Assembly: GCA_963678065.2 (NCBI GenBank) | Contig: CAXXVZ010000003.1 | Coordinates: 64,001 to 128,000, forward strand | Reading direction: 5' to 3' | Length of the DNA: 64,000 bases | Origin: Treponemataceae bacterium | GTDB taxonomy: Bacteria; Spirochaetota; Spirochaetia; Treponematales; Rectinemataceae | In this document: one piece after another, positions 28,942 through 39,147 of the stretch | Layout: each line of letters begins with the position of its first letter | How positions within the stretch are numbered: position 1 is the stretch's first letter | Notes under the pieces: model-generated | What the model saw: only the letters and a program-made list of their open reading frames with translations | Databases searched by the model: none | Told to the model about the DNA's origin: nothing | Translations under genes and position numbers: made by a program

Positions 28942-30382
28942 GCTGCCTCCCTGACCCCGTGGGGATCTCTCTGTGGACGAAGGTCGACCTTCCCGAGGCA
29001 TAGTCGGCGACGATCTGACCCGATCCTACCAGTTTCCATTTGTAGGTGAGAAGGCCGTCCACGCCCACGGGGCCGCGCGCGTGCAGCTTGCCCGTCGCGA
29101 TGCCTACCTCCGCTCCGAGCCCGTAGCGGTAGCCGTCCGCGAAGCGGGTGCTCGCGTTGTGGTAGACCGAGGCCGAATCCACCGCGTTCATGAAGCGCTC
29201 CGCGGCCGCGGCGGACCCGGTCACTATCGCGTCCGTGTGCCCCGACCCGAAGCGGTTGATGTGCTGTATCGCTTTGTCGAGATCGTCGACGATCCTGACA
29301 GCCATCCGCATGTCCAGGTACTCGACGGACCAGTCCTCGCCGGCGAAAGGGCCGATGAGCGGCGAAGCCAGAAGGGCGCGCGCGATCGCTCCCTCATCCC
29401 CTGCGGAATGAGCGTATGCGGATGTGTCGGGTTCCGTCTGCCGCGGCGCGAAGTCTGCCGATCCGGCTGTCGGCCCGGTGCCCTCTTTCTTCCCGAATTC
29501 CCCGAGCAGGCCGAGTGAACGCTCGCATAGATCGAGCCTGACGCCGGCACGGACGAGGGAATCGAGGAGGGCGGGAAGCGCCCGGCGCGCCCAGGCCTCG
29601 TGCACGAGGAGGACCTCGGCTGCGTTGCATGCCGCGGGATACTGCGTCTTGGAATCCACGGCGATAGCCGCGGCCATCGCGGAGTCCGCGTCCTCGTGCA
29701 CGTAGACGTGGCAGACGCCATCCGCGTGGCCGAGCACGGGGATGCGGCTGGAAGCCATGATGCGGGCGACGAATTCCTTCGATCCCCGCGGGATGACGAG
29801 ATCGACATACTCGTGCAGGGAAAGGAGATCCGTAATCTCTTCCCGTGTCTCGAGGGCCGTGAGCCAGTGCGCCGGCAAGCCCGCCTCCTCGCCCGCGGCG
29901 GCTATGATGGAGGCCAGAACCCGGTTCGAGTGCCGGGCCTCGCTGCCGCCTTTCAGGATGATCGCGTTGCCACTCTTTATGGCCAGGCCCGCCATCTGGA
30001 CGAGGGCGTCGGGCCGGCTCTCGAAGATCATGGCGACGAGGCCTATCGGGCAGGAGACGCGCCGGAGGACGAGGCCTTCGTCGAGAAGGCGCGCTTCCAG
30101 CACACGCCCGACGGGGTCGCTCATAGCGCGCAGCGCCCGGATGCCGGCCAGGGCATCCTCCAGTTTTTTCCCGTCGAAGACGAGGCGCTTCAGAATCGGC
30201 TCCGGCAGGCAGGCCTCGCGCGCCGCCGCGATATCCGCCTCGTTCGCCGCCGCGATATCCGTCCTGCGCTCGAAGAGCCTCGCAGCTGCGAGGTCCAGAG
30301 CTCTGTCCCTCACTGAGCCCGGCACGCAAAGAAACTCCGCGGCCGCCGCGGCTCCGAGAGCCGCCCGTTCTCGTGTATCCAT
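28928..30382 (-). CDS. proA: Gamma-glutamyl phosphate reductase
   Basis: IFESRP, CNAAE, NASTRFADG, GAEVGIATGKLHARGPVG. Confidence 0.95.
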   Translation of the reverse strand: MDTRERAALGAAAAAEFLCVPGSVRDRALDLAAARLFERRTDIAAANEADIAAAREACLPEPILKRLVFDGKKLEDALAGIRALRAMSDPVGRVLEARLLDEGLVLRRVSCPIGLVAMIFESRPDALVQMAGLAIKSGNAIILKGGSEARHSNRVLASIIAAAGEEAGLPAHWLTALETREEITDLLSLHEYVDLVIPRGSKEFVARIMASSRIPVLGHADGVCHVYVHEDADSAMAAAIAVDSKTQYPAACNAAEVLLVHEAWARRALPALLDSLVRAGVRLDLCERSLGLLGEFGKKEGTGPTAGSADFAPRQTEPDTSAYAHSAGDEGAIARALLASPLIGPFAGEDWSVEYLDMRMAVRIVDDLDKAIQHINRFGSGHTDAIVTGSAAAAERFMNAVDSASVYHNASTRFADGYRYGLGAEVGIATGKLHARGPVGVDGLLTYKWKLVGSGQIVADYASGRSTFVHREIPTGSGRQHADR

Positions 30383-30465
30383 GGTGGAAGAACGTATCAA
30401 AAAGGCGGATGGGTGACAACAGAGGAGGAATCACTCTTCGGGCGGATTCATGGTAGTCTGCGGAC

Positions 30466-31914
30466 ATGGAATATGGTGCAACCACGAAACTTACTGTCCT
30501 CCATACCAACGACCTTCACGCGAACTACGGCGCATGGTTCAAGTGTGCATCGCTCATACGAAAGCGCCGGAATCAAATCGCTCCCCGAACCTGCATCACT
30601 GTGGACTGCGGCGACCATTTCGATATGAGCGTGACGGAGTGCGCTCTGAGCGGGGGAAAGCTCCATCTCGATCTGCTCACCGATCTCTCATTCGATGCCA
30701 TGGTGCCGGGCAACAACGAATTCTATCGTCTACCACGGTCCGAGCTCGAGAGTCTCAGCCGGGAAACACACGTCCCTTGGGTCCTCACGACCGTAAGCGA
30801 CAAAGACGGCGGCGAGTTCTCCGGCTTCAGAAAATCACTCATCGTCGACCGCGGGCTGCGGATCGGTATCCTCGGTGTGCTCGATCCCCTCGATCAGGCT
30901 GCCGAGGAGCTTCATGACCTCGTCACGCTCCCAGCTGCAAAGGCTATCTCGCGCGAAGCCCGCGCATTGAGAAGAGAGGGGGCCGAAATAGTTATCCTCC
31001 TCTCCCACTTCGGACTCCGGGACGATGTTCGGCTTGCCGCCGAACTGCACGGCGATATCGATCTCATCGTGGGGGGGCATTCGCATACTGCCCTGGAGGC
31101 TCCCCTCGCCGAGGGAGGGACGCTCATCGTGCAGGCGGGAGGCTTCGGCGAATTCCTCGGCGAGCTGGAACTCGACGTAGAGGGCGGCAAGATTGTCGGC
31201 TATAGATCGAGGCTGCACCGGATAGCGGAGGTCGAGGAAGAAGATCCTGCACAGCGCGCTATTTATGCCCGGCACGAGACACGGGTGCGCAAGATCCTCG
31301 ATGAGAAGATTTTTTTTCTCGAATCTCCCCTGTCCCACGAAGGACTGGTCGCCTTGTCGGCCCATGTCGTCCGACGCATCTTCGGGGCGGAGCTGGGTAT
31401 GATGTTCGGGCCCTGCGCCTCTCGCGGACTCGCACCGGGCATCCTCAGAGTCGGGGACCTATACGATTGCTGCAAGAGCTTTATTACCCCTGCCGTTTTC
31501 GATATGAGCGGGAGGCAGATCATGGGCCTGCTCGGAGAAAGACTCAAACCGGACATTGTCGATTCGGTGAAGCTCGGCATCGGATTCAGACCTCAGGGTC
31601 TCCCCTTCGGCAGGCTCGAGTTCTCCGGGCTCGACTGGGAAGAAGTGGACGGCAAGATTTCAAGGGTTCGCGTCGGCGCACAAGCGCTCGATCCGGAACG
31701 CCGCTATCGCGTGGGGGCAGCGACGCATCTTTTTACAGCCGATTCAGGCGGATACCCCTCCCTGGATGGATCATCGGATCTGCGTTTCACGAGATTCCGG
31801 TATCTCCGGGATGAACTCATCGACTTTTTCCGTTCGAACGAAGCTGCGGATATTCTTCGAAAGATCATGGCAGCCCATCCTGTGAGCCGATCGATCACGG
31901 CCCAAGAGATATGA
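30466..31914 (+). CDS. Metallophosphoesterase/5'-nucleotidase family protein
   Basis: HTNDLH, DCGD, GNNE, LSHFG, GGHSH. Confidence 0.85.
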   Translation: MEYGATTKLTVLHTNDLHANYGAWFKCASLIRKRRNQIAPRTCITVDCGDHFDMSVTECALSGGKLHLDLLTDLSFDAMVPGNNEFYRLPRSELESLSRETHVPWVLTTVSDKDGGEFSGFRKSLIVDRGLRIGILGVLDPLDQAAEELHDLVTLPAAKAISREARALRREGAEIVILLSHFGLRDDVRLAAELHGDIDLIVGGHSHTALEAPLAEGGTLIVQAGGFGEFLGELELDVEGGKIVGYRSRLHRIAEVEEEDPAQRAIYARHETRVRKILDEKIFFLESPLSHEGLVALSAHVVRRIFGAELGMMFGPCASRGLAPGILRVGDLYDCCKSFITPAVFDMSGRQIMGLLGERLKPDIVDSVKLGIGFRPQGLPFGRLEFSGLDWEEVDGKISRVRVGAQALDPERRYRVGAATHLFTADSGGYPSLDGSSDLRFTRFRYLRDELIDFFRSNEAADILRKIMAAHPVSRSITAQEI

Positions 31915-32153
31915 GGAATTTCTCAAAAGAAGGAGTCAAAATACGGTTTCCATTGCCGCTCAGGTGGTCTCCGTCCCCCAAAAATTGGTTCACCCTTCTG
32001 GTCATACGCGGAAAATATTCCGTCGGTACAAAGAATGGGGAACGGGTCCCATACGAAAAAGCCCGCGTGGCCCTTTGAAAGCGTGAATATCGATTCCATT
32101 ACCGGCCAGCGCATTTTTTCGAGAAAAGCCCGGCTTACGGCGTAGCGCTCCTC

Positions 32154-32765
32154 GTGGACAAGCGGGACCTCATCGCGGCAAAGCATGTGGACCACGTCGT
32201 GCTCCTGGCCTCCTTCCTCCTGATCCTCCTCCTGCCGGCGATCCTCATGGCCTTCGACGACGACGTCCTCCACGAGCTCAAGAACCTGGTTTCCTCCCTT
32301 CGAGGCCGGCTCGAGCTGACGCGAATGAAGGGGGCCGGGGCCGACGGAAGCTTCGCGCTGGCCGCCTCCGAGCTCGACCGCCTCCCCGAGGGCGCGGCCC
32401 TCCCGATGGATCCGGAAATCTTCTCTCGCCTCGTTCGGATACTCGTAGACAACGCCCTCGATTTCAGCCCGCCGGGCGCGGGGGCGGCCGTCTTTGCATC
32501 GGCCGGCGACGACTTCGTCGTGGTTCGAGTCGCGGACCGCGGCCCGGGAGTCCCTCCCAACCTGCGCGAATGGATCTTCGGCCGCTTCGCCGGCACGCGC
32601 AAGAACGGGAGCGAGCCGCACACGGGCCTTGGCTTGGCGATCGCCCGGTCGCTCGTCTCCAGGATCGGCTCAGGCGATCGGCGCGCCTCGATCGGCGTCG
32701 AGGATAACCCCGGCGGAGGCGCCGTGTTCGTCCTGAAGCTGCCGCTAGCTGATCGGCACTCGTGA
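32154..32765 (+). pseudogene. Shortened histidine kinase (H-box plus HATPase, no sensor domain)
   Basis: HELKN, DNALDFSP, DRGPG, TGLGL; linker much shorter than normal; no partner regulator. Confidence 0.5.
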
Positions 32766-32955
32766 ACGAACCGTGGCGACGCCGAGAAGGCCGGGCCACC
32801 GTGACCGTGTTCAGCTCGGGGTGTCCTGACCAGGACACTTCCTCACGCCGAAAGATAGAAGGCCTGCAAGGAAAGATTTCACGGTCTCATGCATTTCGAT
32901 CTGGTCAGTAAAGCAAAATTACCCTATACTCCTCTTTTGGAAGGAGTCCACCGGC

Positions 32956-34140
32956 ATGACTGTCGCAATCACCGGGCATCGAAACGCTTGCCTGTCGGTC
33001 CACATTCCCTATGATCCCCGCCTCATCCGCTCCATCAAAGGAATTCCGGATCGACACTGGGATCCGGAAAGCGGATGCTGGCTTATCCCTGACACCCAAA
33101 GCCACGTCGATAGGCTCCTCATGGTCCTGTACGACACAGGCATGTTCACCGCTCCCGATCCTGAAAAAGCCGGAACTGCCGTTGTCGATCCACTCTTGAA
33201 GCGCTACGAAGAAGCCCTCGACGCGCGCCACTTCAGCCCCCGGACAAAACGCGCTTATACCGCCTGGGTGAACCGCTTTCTTGCGCACTGCGGCGGACGG
33301 CAAGCCGCTTTCCTGGGCGAAACGGAAATCAATGTATTTCTGAGCTTCCTGGCCGTTCATGAAAAAGTGAGTGCATCCACCCAAAACCAGGCTCTTGCCG
33401 CCCTGCTTTTTCTTTACAGGCAGGTCATGGGTCGACGAATCGGCGAACTCGACGAGGTAATCCGGGCAAAAAAGCCGACAAGACTACCCGTCGTGATGAG
33501 CCGCGACGAAGTCAGGGCAGTCCTGTCGAACTTGCGGGGCGACAGATGGCTTGCCGCCGCGCTGATGTATGGCACGGGATTGCGCCTCATGGAATGTCTC
33601 GAACTCAGAGTCCAGGACATAGACTTTGCACGGAACGAAATCCTCGTTCGCAACGGCAAAGGCGCCAAAGACCGAGTCACCATGCTTCCTGAATCGCTGA
33701 AAAAACCACTTCGCGACCATCTGGCCACAGTCAGGGCCATTCACGACCACGACATATCTGAAGGCTGGGGGAACGTGCCCGTACCAAACGCGCTGGACCG
33801 AAAATACCCGAACATCGCCGCAGATTTCCGCTGGCAATGGATTTTCCCCCAGGGACGGCGCTGGACTAACCGCGAAACCGGCCAGCAAGGCAGACACCAC
33901 ATCGACGAATCCCTCGTTCAGAAAGCCGTCCATGAAGCCGTACTCAAAGCCGGTCTGACAAAACGCGCCAGCTGCCACAGTTTCCGCCACTCCTTCGCCA
34001 CCCAACTCCTGGAAAACGGCTACGACATACGCACCGTCCAGGAACTCCTGGGCCACAGCGACGTCAAAACAACGATGATCTACACTCACGTACTGAACCG
34101 CGGCCCTTCGGCGGTCCGCAGTCCCGTCGACGGCCTTTGA
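32956..34140 (+). CDS. intI: Integron integrase
   Basis: [21 protein letters not shown], IntI-specific ALDRKYP...WQWIFP...RHH segment, [22 protein letters not shown]. Confidence 0.97.
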   Translation: MTVAITGHRNACLSVHIPYDPRLIRSIKGIPDRHWDPESGCWLIPDTQSHVDRLLMVLYDTGMFTAPDPEKAGTAVVDPLLKRYEEALDARHFSPRTKRAYTAWVNRFLAHCGGRQAAFLGETEINVFLSFLAVHEKVSASTQNQALAALLFLYRQVMGRRIGELDEVIRAKKPTRLPVVMSRDEVRAVLSNLRGDRWLAAALMYGTGLRLMECLELRVQDIDFARNEILVRNGKGAKDRVTMLPESLKKPLRDHLATVRAIHDHDISEGWGNVPVPNALDRKYPNIAADFRWQWIFPQGRRWTNRETGQQGRHHIDESLVQKAVHEAVLKAGLTKRASCHSFRHSFATQLLENGYDIRTVQELLGHSDVKTTMIYTHVLNRGPSAVRSPVDGL

Positions 34141-34300
34141 CAAAGCAGCAAGGCACTTATGATGATACGTATAAACTGCCTGGAACCGGAGCCCCAATCT
34201 GAGCAATACATTGTCGGGGATAGAATTGGAGTTTCATTCCCGGCAGCCACAAAAGATCGTATACCGACACCATGCTCATGTTCCAAACCTTATCAGGATC

Positions 34301-34319
34301 AGCCTAATTATTGTTAGCA
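34301..34319 (+). other. attI region and first recombination point (G/TTAGCA at 34313)
   Basis: GTTAGCA is complementary to TGCTAAC of attC1; CCTAA L-like box upstream; no attC hairpin in front. Confidence 0.7.
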
Positions 34320-34342
34320 GGACCCTTCGGGCGGAGGAAAAA

Positions 34343-35392
34343 GTGAACACAATAAATGAAATAATGCAATCAATTATTGATGAAGTGAAAACTAAAACTA
34401 ATGATCCTAAAAAACAGAGGGAAATCGTTGATAAGGTTTTTGAAAAATCTCTGCCTAAAATTACAAGTGATTTATATACAACCTTGGAAGAAACTTCTCA
34501 TATAATGTTAACCGAAAATAGATATGAAAATGATGAGTTTCGTGCACGATTAAACATGCAATGGTTTCAAGCGTTTGATTTACTAGAAAAGCTTTCAGTT
34601 GTTTCGTATGAAATTGGTGATGAAATAAATAAAAATGCAAAAGTATTTGTCTCAAAAGACAATGCATATCTCTTTGAAGTTTTACTTCACTTACATGCAA
34701 GGTCTATTCAAATAACAGAAGAAGTATTAGTCTTAATGAAGAATGGTTATGCTGATGGCGCTATAGCTAGATGGCGCACTCTTTATGAAATATCAGTTAT
34801 CGCTTTATTTATTTCAAAATATGGAAATGATATTGCTAAGCGTTATAAAGAGTATTCTAATGTTGAGACATACAAAGAAATGAAAACATTCATCGAAAAA
34901 AATCCAGAAAACGGATTTAAAAAAGTACCCAAAAAAGAAGTTCAAAGGCAAGAGAAGAATATTGATGATTTAAAAACTAAATATGGAAATGATTTTATTA
35001 ATAATTATGGATGGACAAATTCTGTATTAGTAAAAGGTAATAGAACATTTGAAGGTATTGAAATAGAGGTAGAGAAAGATCATTTACGACCATTTTATAA
35101 ATGGGCATGCAATGCTGTTCATGCAGGACCAAAAGCTGCTTATTATAAAATGGGTGTTTTAGGAAAAGAGAAGGTATTATTAACTGGACCAACCAATTAT
35201 GGTTTTGCTGATCCAGGACAAAATACCGGATTGTCATTGGTTCAAGTAACTTCTATTTTAGTCTTGAATTTCATGGATTATGATAATCTAGTATCGATGG
35301 AAATATTAACAAAATACTATAAACAATTACAGAAAAAATTTGTAGAAATACAGCGTAAAATTGAAAAAGAGAATAAAGAGAAAAATTCTTAA
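34343..35392 (+). CDS. Cassette 1: DUF5677-like protein
   Basis: GAIARWRTLYE, YGW, YKWACNAVH; GGAGG before GTG. Confidence 0.7.
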   Translation: MNTINEIMQSIIDEVKTKTNDPKKQREIVDKVFEKSLPKITSDLYTTLEETSHIMLTENRYENDEFRARLNMQWFQAFDLLEKLSVVSYEIGDEINKNAKVFVSKDNAYLFEVLLHLHARSIQITEEVLVLMKNGYADGAIARWRTLYEISVIALFISKYGNDIAKRYKEYSNVETYKEMKTFIEKNPENGFKKVPKKEVQRQEKNIDDLKTKYGNDFINNYGWTNSVLVKGNRTFEGIEIEVEKDHLRPFYKWACNAVHAGPKAAYYKMGVLGKEKVLLTGPTNYGFADPGQNTGLSLVQVTSILVLNFMDYDNLVSMEILTKYYKQLQKKFVEIQRKIEKENKEKNS

Positions 35393-35413
35393 TCAAAGAG
35401 ATAAGAAAAATTC

Positions 35414-35536
35414 TGCTAACAACCGCTTCAACCTTATAAATCCTTTGGCATGGTTTGTGCAGAACAACAATGCACAAACCACGCCAAGCCTTCGCTTCGC
35501 TCAGGCGCGGATTTAAAGGTTAAGCCAATGTTAGGC
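35414..35536 (+). repeat. attC1
   Basis: TGCTAAC-5-CTTCAACC...GGTTAAG-5-GTTAGGC. Confidence 0.93.
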
Positions 35537-35601
35537 GGACGCGCTTCGCGCGCAAAGATAAATAAAGACTGAATAGGCATTATGCTTTGTCTGGAGTAGA
35601 G

Positions 35602-36153
35602 ATGATACCTTTTATACGAAAAAATCCTTTGTTTTCTCTTTGTGGATTAAATTGCAGTTTGTGCCCAAGATTTAATACTGATGGAAGTTCGAAATGTCCA
35701 GGCTGTGGCGGAGAAAACTTTTCAACTCAGCATCCAACTTGTGCAGTAGAAACATGCAATAGAAAACATGATAATGTGGAATATTGTTATCAATGCAGTG
35801 AATACCCATGTAAAAAATATCAAGAAGAAAGCAAATGTGATTCATTTATATCATATAGAAGTGTAAAACAGAATTTTATAGAAGCAAAAAATGATATTAA
35901 AAAATATGAAACCGATTTAGGTAAAAGACAAAAGTATTTAAAGATATTATTAGAAAAGTATAATGATGGAAAATCGAAAGGATTATACTGCCTTGTTGCT
36001 AATGATATGCCATTAAATGAATTAGAAATATTAATTAGTAAAATTGATAAAATACCAATTGATTTGGATATAAAAGAAAAAGCAAAAGAGGTTAAAAAGG
36101 AAATTTTAGCATTAGAAGTAAAATTTGGCTTTGAATTTAAATTAAGAAAATAG
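35602..36153 (+). CDS. Cassette 2: DUF3795-like Cys-rich protein
   Basis: CGLNCSLCP, CPGC, YCYQCSEYPC. Confidence 0.75.
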   Translation: MIPFIRKNPLFSLCGLNCSLCPRFNTDGSSKCPGCGGENFSTQHPTCAVETCNRKHDNVEYCYQCSEYPCKKYQEESKCDSFISYRSVKQNFIEAKNDIKKYETDLGKRQKYLKILLEKYNDGKSKGLYCLVANDMPLNELEILISKIDKIPIDLDIKEKAKEVKKEILALEVKFGFEFKLRK

Positions 36154-36154
36154 C

Positions 36155-36277
36155 GCCTAACACCTGCTTCAACCTTATAAATCCTTTGTCATGGTTTGTG
36201 CAGAACAACAATGCACAAACCACGCCAAGCCATCGCTTCGCTCAGGCGCGGATTTAAAGGTTAAGCCAACGTTAGCC
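36155..36277 (+). repeat. attC2
   Basis: GCCTAAC...GTTAGCC, near-identical to attC1. Confidence 0.93.
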
Positions 36278-36332
36278 GGACGCCTTCGGCGCTCATATAA
36301 TAATCAAGAACTAAAAATTGCTTAAAGGAAGC

Positions 36333-37250
36333 ATGAAATTGGATAAAAAAAGAAAACAACATTATGTTTGGAAATACTATTTAAAGCAATGGACACAGAA
36401 TAAGAAAGTATTTTTGTTGTATAACAACGAAATACTTAATACTAACCTCGATAATGTAGCAAATAGTAGGGATTTTTATAGGTTAAAAGAACTTAATAGT
36501 AATGATTTAATATTTTTACAATATGCAATTAATAAGATTAATGATCCATTACTCAAAAAATTAGATATTGATTGGATAAATACTTTCTCAGAAGTATTTA
36601 AAATTCGAGAAAAGATTATTAAAAGCGGTAATAGTAATAAGGAGCTTGATAACATAATAGATATAACAATAAATAATATGGAAGAAGAATTACATTCAAA
36701 GATAGAGAATATTGGATCAAAGTATCTTAAAATGATACTTGAACAAGATTTATCATTTTTTGAAACAGATGAAGGATTCATTGAGTTTACCCTATATTTA
36801 TGTATGCAATATTTCAGAACAGAGAACATGAAAAATCAGGCATTACAAAGTGAAATTGCGGATTCTAGCTTTATCATAAATATGGATAATGTTTGGAGTA
36901 TTTTTAAAATTTTATTCGCTACAAATATGGCATATACATTATATGCTTCTAAAGAAGACTGGAAAATGCAGCTTCTTGAAAATGGAACAGAAATACCATT
37001 TATTACTGGAGATCAACCAGTAATAAATGAATATTCTATACCAAATACTATATCAAAAGAATTAAGTCTATATTATCCAGTATCACCGATACTAGCGATT
37101 AGAATAAGCAAAGAACTCGACAGATCTAAAAGTAGCCAAATATGTACTAAAAAAGATGTAATAATTCAGAATAAGAAGATTAAAAATAATTCGTATCAAC
37201 AAATCTATGGAAATACTAAAAGTTCACTTGAAACTTTTATTACGAAATAA
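36333..37250 (+). CDS. Cassette 3: DUF4238-like protein
   Basis: QHYVW..YLKQW, QYFRT, FITGDQPV, YPVSP. Confidence 0.8.
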   Translation: MKLDKKRKQHYVWKYYLKQWTQNKKVFLLYNNEILNTNLDNVANSRDFYRLKELNSNDLIFLQYAINKINDPLLKKLDIDWINTFSEVFKIREKIIKSGNSNKELDNIIDITINNMEEELHSKIENIGSKYLKMILEQDLSFFETDEGFIEFTLYLCMQYFRTENMKNQALQSEIADSSFIINMDNVWSIFKILFATNMAYTLYASKEDWKMQLLENGTEIPFITGDQPVINEYSIPNTISKELSLYYPVSPILAIRISKELDRSKSSQICTKKDVIIQNKKIKNNSYQQIYGNTKSSLETFITK

Positions 37251-37255
37251 AATTC

Positions 37256-37379
37256 GGCTAACAAACGCTTCAACCATATAAATCCTTTGTCATGGTTTTT
37301 GCGAGAAGATGATGCAAAAACCATGCCAAGCCTTCGCAGTAGCTCAGGCGCGGATTTAAAGGTTAAGCGAATGTTAGGT
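37256..37379 (+). repeat. attC3
   Basis: GGCTAAC...GTTAGGT. Confidence 0.93.
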
Positions 37380-37464
37380 GGACGCTTCGCGCAGAAAAAT
37401 AGAAATTACGTCGGAAAGGCATCAAATTTATTACAAGCATCCTAAAAATGGTTGAAACAAAAAT

Positions 37465-37812
37465 ATGAAGATAGTAATAAAAGGCAATAAAGGAAAAAAA
37501 GTGAATAAAATAACTAAAAATGCTATAGAGATAAAGAAATTATGTGAGAAAGGAAATAAAGAAGATATTTCAAAAGTAATGTCATATCTTAATGAAGATG
37601 TAGATTTACCTACAACAAAGATTGTTGACTATTATCTAGGAACAGTAAAAAATTGCGAAGGAATTGATTGTATAGAGTATTTTTTGTTTAATGGAACTCA
37701 AATTCAAAGGAATTATTGTACATTATTCTTTGCAAGAAGAAATGACTGGATCCTTGTGAACAAAGCATATAATCTAGGGTTAATAGATTACATTCAAGCT
37801 TATTCAAGATGA
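37465..37812 (+). CDS. Cassette 4: hypothetical protein
   Basis: Single ORF filling the cassette. Confidence 0.65.
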   Translation: MKIVIKGNKGKKVNKITKNAIEIKKLCEKGNKEDISKVMSYLNEDVDLPTTKIVDYYLGTVKNCEGIDCIEYFLFNGTQIQRNYCTLFFARRNDWILVNKAYNLGLIDYIQAYSR

Positions 37813-37829
37813 ATATACAATAAAAAGAC

Positions 37830-37967
37830 ACCTAACGCACGTTTCAACCTGACTCGGCTACTGTCACGCTTCTTGCTAAGACCCTGTGGAATCCAGAAGA
37901 GCTTTATACCAATAGGCTGCAAGAATCGCGCCAGTTTGACGCCTCGCAGGTTAAACGAATGTTAGAA
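37830..37967 (+). repeat. attC4 (second subfamily)
   Basis: ACCTAAC...CAACCTGACTCGG...CGCAGGTTAAAC...GTTAGAA. Confidence 0.9.
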
Positions 37968-37988
37968 GGACGCTCCGCGCGGGGGAAT

Positions 37989-38888
37989 TTATAACTTTTC
38001 TAGAGTTATCAAATGAACGTGTTCGCAAGCTTCGTACTGCGTCTTGTTTTCAAGGAATATTTTTTTCTGAATTTCATCAGGTGATAAATGCGCTTTGATT
38101 GAAAAGTTGTATTTATTGGTAATCGATACTAAGTCATTATATGATAAGCACGACTTAAACTGTTCTCCAGTAAATTTTGCTTGATTAATCCATTTTCTGA
38201 AGCTATCGGAAGATCTTGACTCATCAAAGGTTGTATTATCAAAATAATCAAATACAATACGACTTCCAGATGAGCATATTTGCGAAATAGATTCAAATAA
38301 CTCATTTAGTGAGCTAAGGTCTAAATACATTATCAAACCTAATGCACTTATAAATACGCATTTATTGCGTTCAAAAGATGATTCTATCATAACTTGTTTT
38401 AAAGTATTTGTAGTTAAATCAGCACAAATGAACTCTGTATTTTTTGGTAATCCTTTGCTAATTCGATAAAGCTGTTCTTTCTTGAAAAATTGTGTATCCC
38501 CTTGGTCAATTTCAAATATTTTTATTTGTGGAAATTTGTCACATCTGAGAGAATAAGTATCTAATCCTGCACCTAATACAATATATTGAGAATTACCTTC
38601 TTTTAAGAAAGATTCAAGTTCGTTCTCGCAATAATAAGTTCTACTTAGCACTTGTGCTGTAGTCGGTATATTTCTAATTATCTTGGAAATAATCGCATCA
38701 GTTTCTTTATCAGTTATTGGTTTTGGTAAATTTGGTAGTGTATTTAAAAATCCCATACGAATTAATTGTCGTCTGTCTTCAGGAATAATCTGTAATGCCA
38801 ATGAATCATTGCAGATTTTATAGGTATCATAATACGAATGAAACCCACGAAGAAAAGCACAAAAAATACTTGTTACACTAATTGCCAT
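37989..38888 (-). CDS. Cassette 5 (inverted ORF): LCM/TIGR00027-type SAM methyltransferase
   Basis: QYIVLGAGLDTY, FEID, GLIMYL, IVFDY. Confidence 0.85.
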   Translation of the reverse strand: MAISVTSIFCAFLRGFHSYYDTYKICNDSLALQIIPEDRRQLIRMGFLNTLPNLPKPITDKETDAIISKIIRNIPTTAQVLSRTYYCENELESFLKEGNSQYIVLGAGLDTYSLRCDKFPQIKIFEIDQGDTQFFKKEQLYRISKGLPKNTEFICADLTTNTLKQVMIESSFERNKCVFISALGLIMYLDLSSLNELFESISQICSSGSRIVFDYFDNTTFDESRSSDSFRKWINQAKFTGEQFKSCLSYNDLVSITNKYNFSIKAHLSPDEIQKKIFLENKTQYEACEHVHLITLEKL

Positions 38889-38923
38889 AGATAACTCCTA
38901 AATCTGAAAAAGTGTAACTATCC

Positions 38924-38932
38924 ATTATACCA
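38924..38932 (-). promoter_or_regulatory. Extended -10 promoter of the inverted cassette gene
   Basis: Minus strand TGGTATAAT, ~35 bp upstream of the ATG; AGGAG RBS. Confidence 0.65.
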
Positions 38933-38974
38933 TATATATGACATTTTGTCACCTAGTTGCTTAAAAGAAATGTC

Positions 38975-39099
38975 TTCTAACACATGCTTCAACCCTATAA
39001 CGCCTTTTGTCATGGTTTTTGCGAGAAGATCACGCAAAAACCACGCCAATCCTTCGCTACGCTCAGGAACAGGCGTTAAGGGTTAAGCCAATGTTATAT
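38975..39099 (+). repeat. attC5
   Basis: TTCTAAC...GTTATAT. Confidence 0.92.
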
Positions 39100-39147
39100 G
39101 GACCCTTCGGGCAGAATTATTTAAGACATAAATAAATGGAGGCAAAT

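Noticed and set aside
27658..30382. Insertions in ProB and ProA as inteins or mobile repeats
   Set aside because: Short low-complexity loops with no splicing motifs and no shared sequence.
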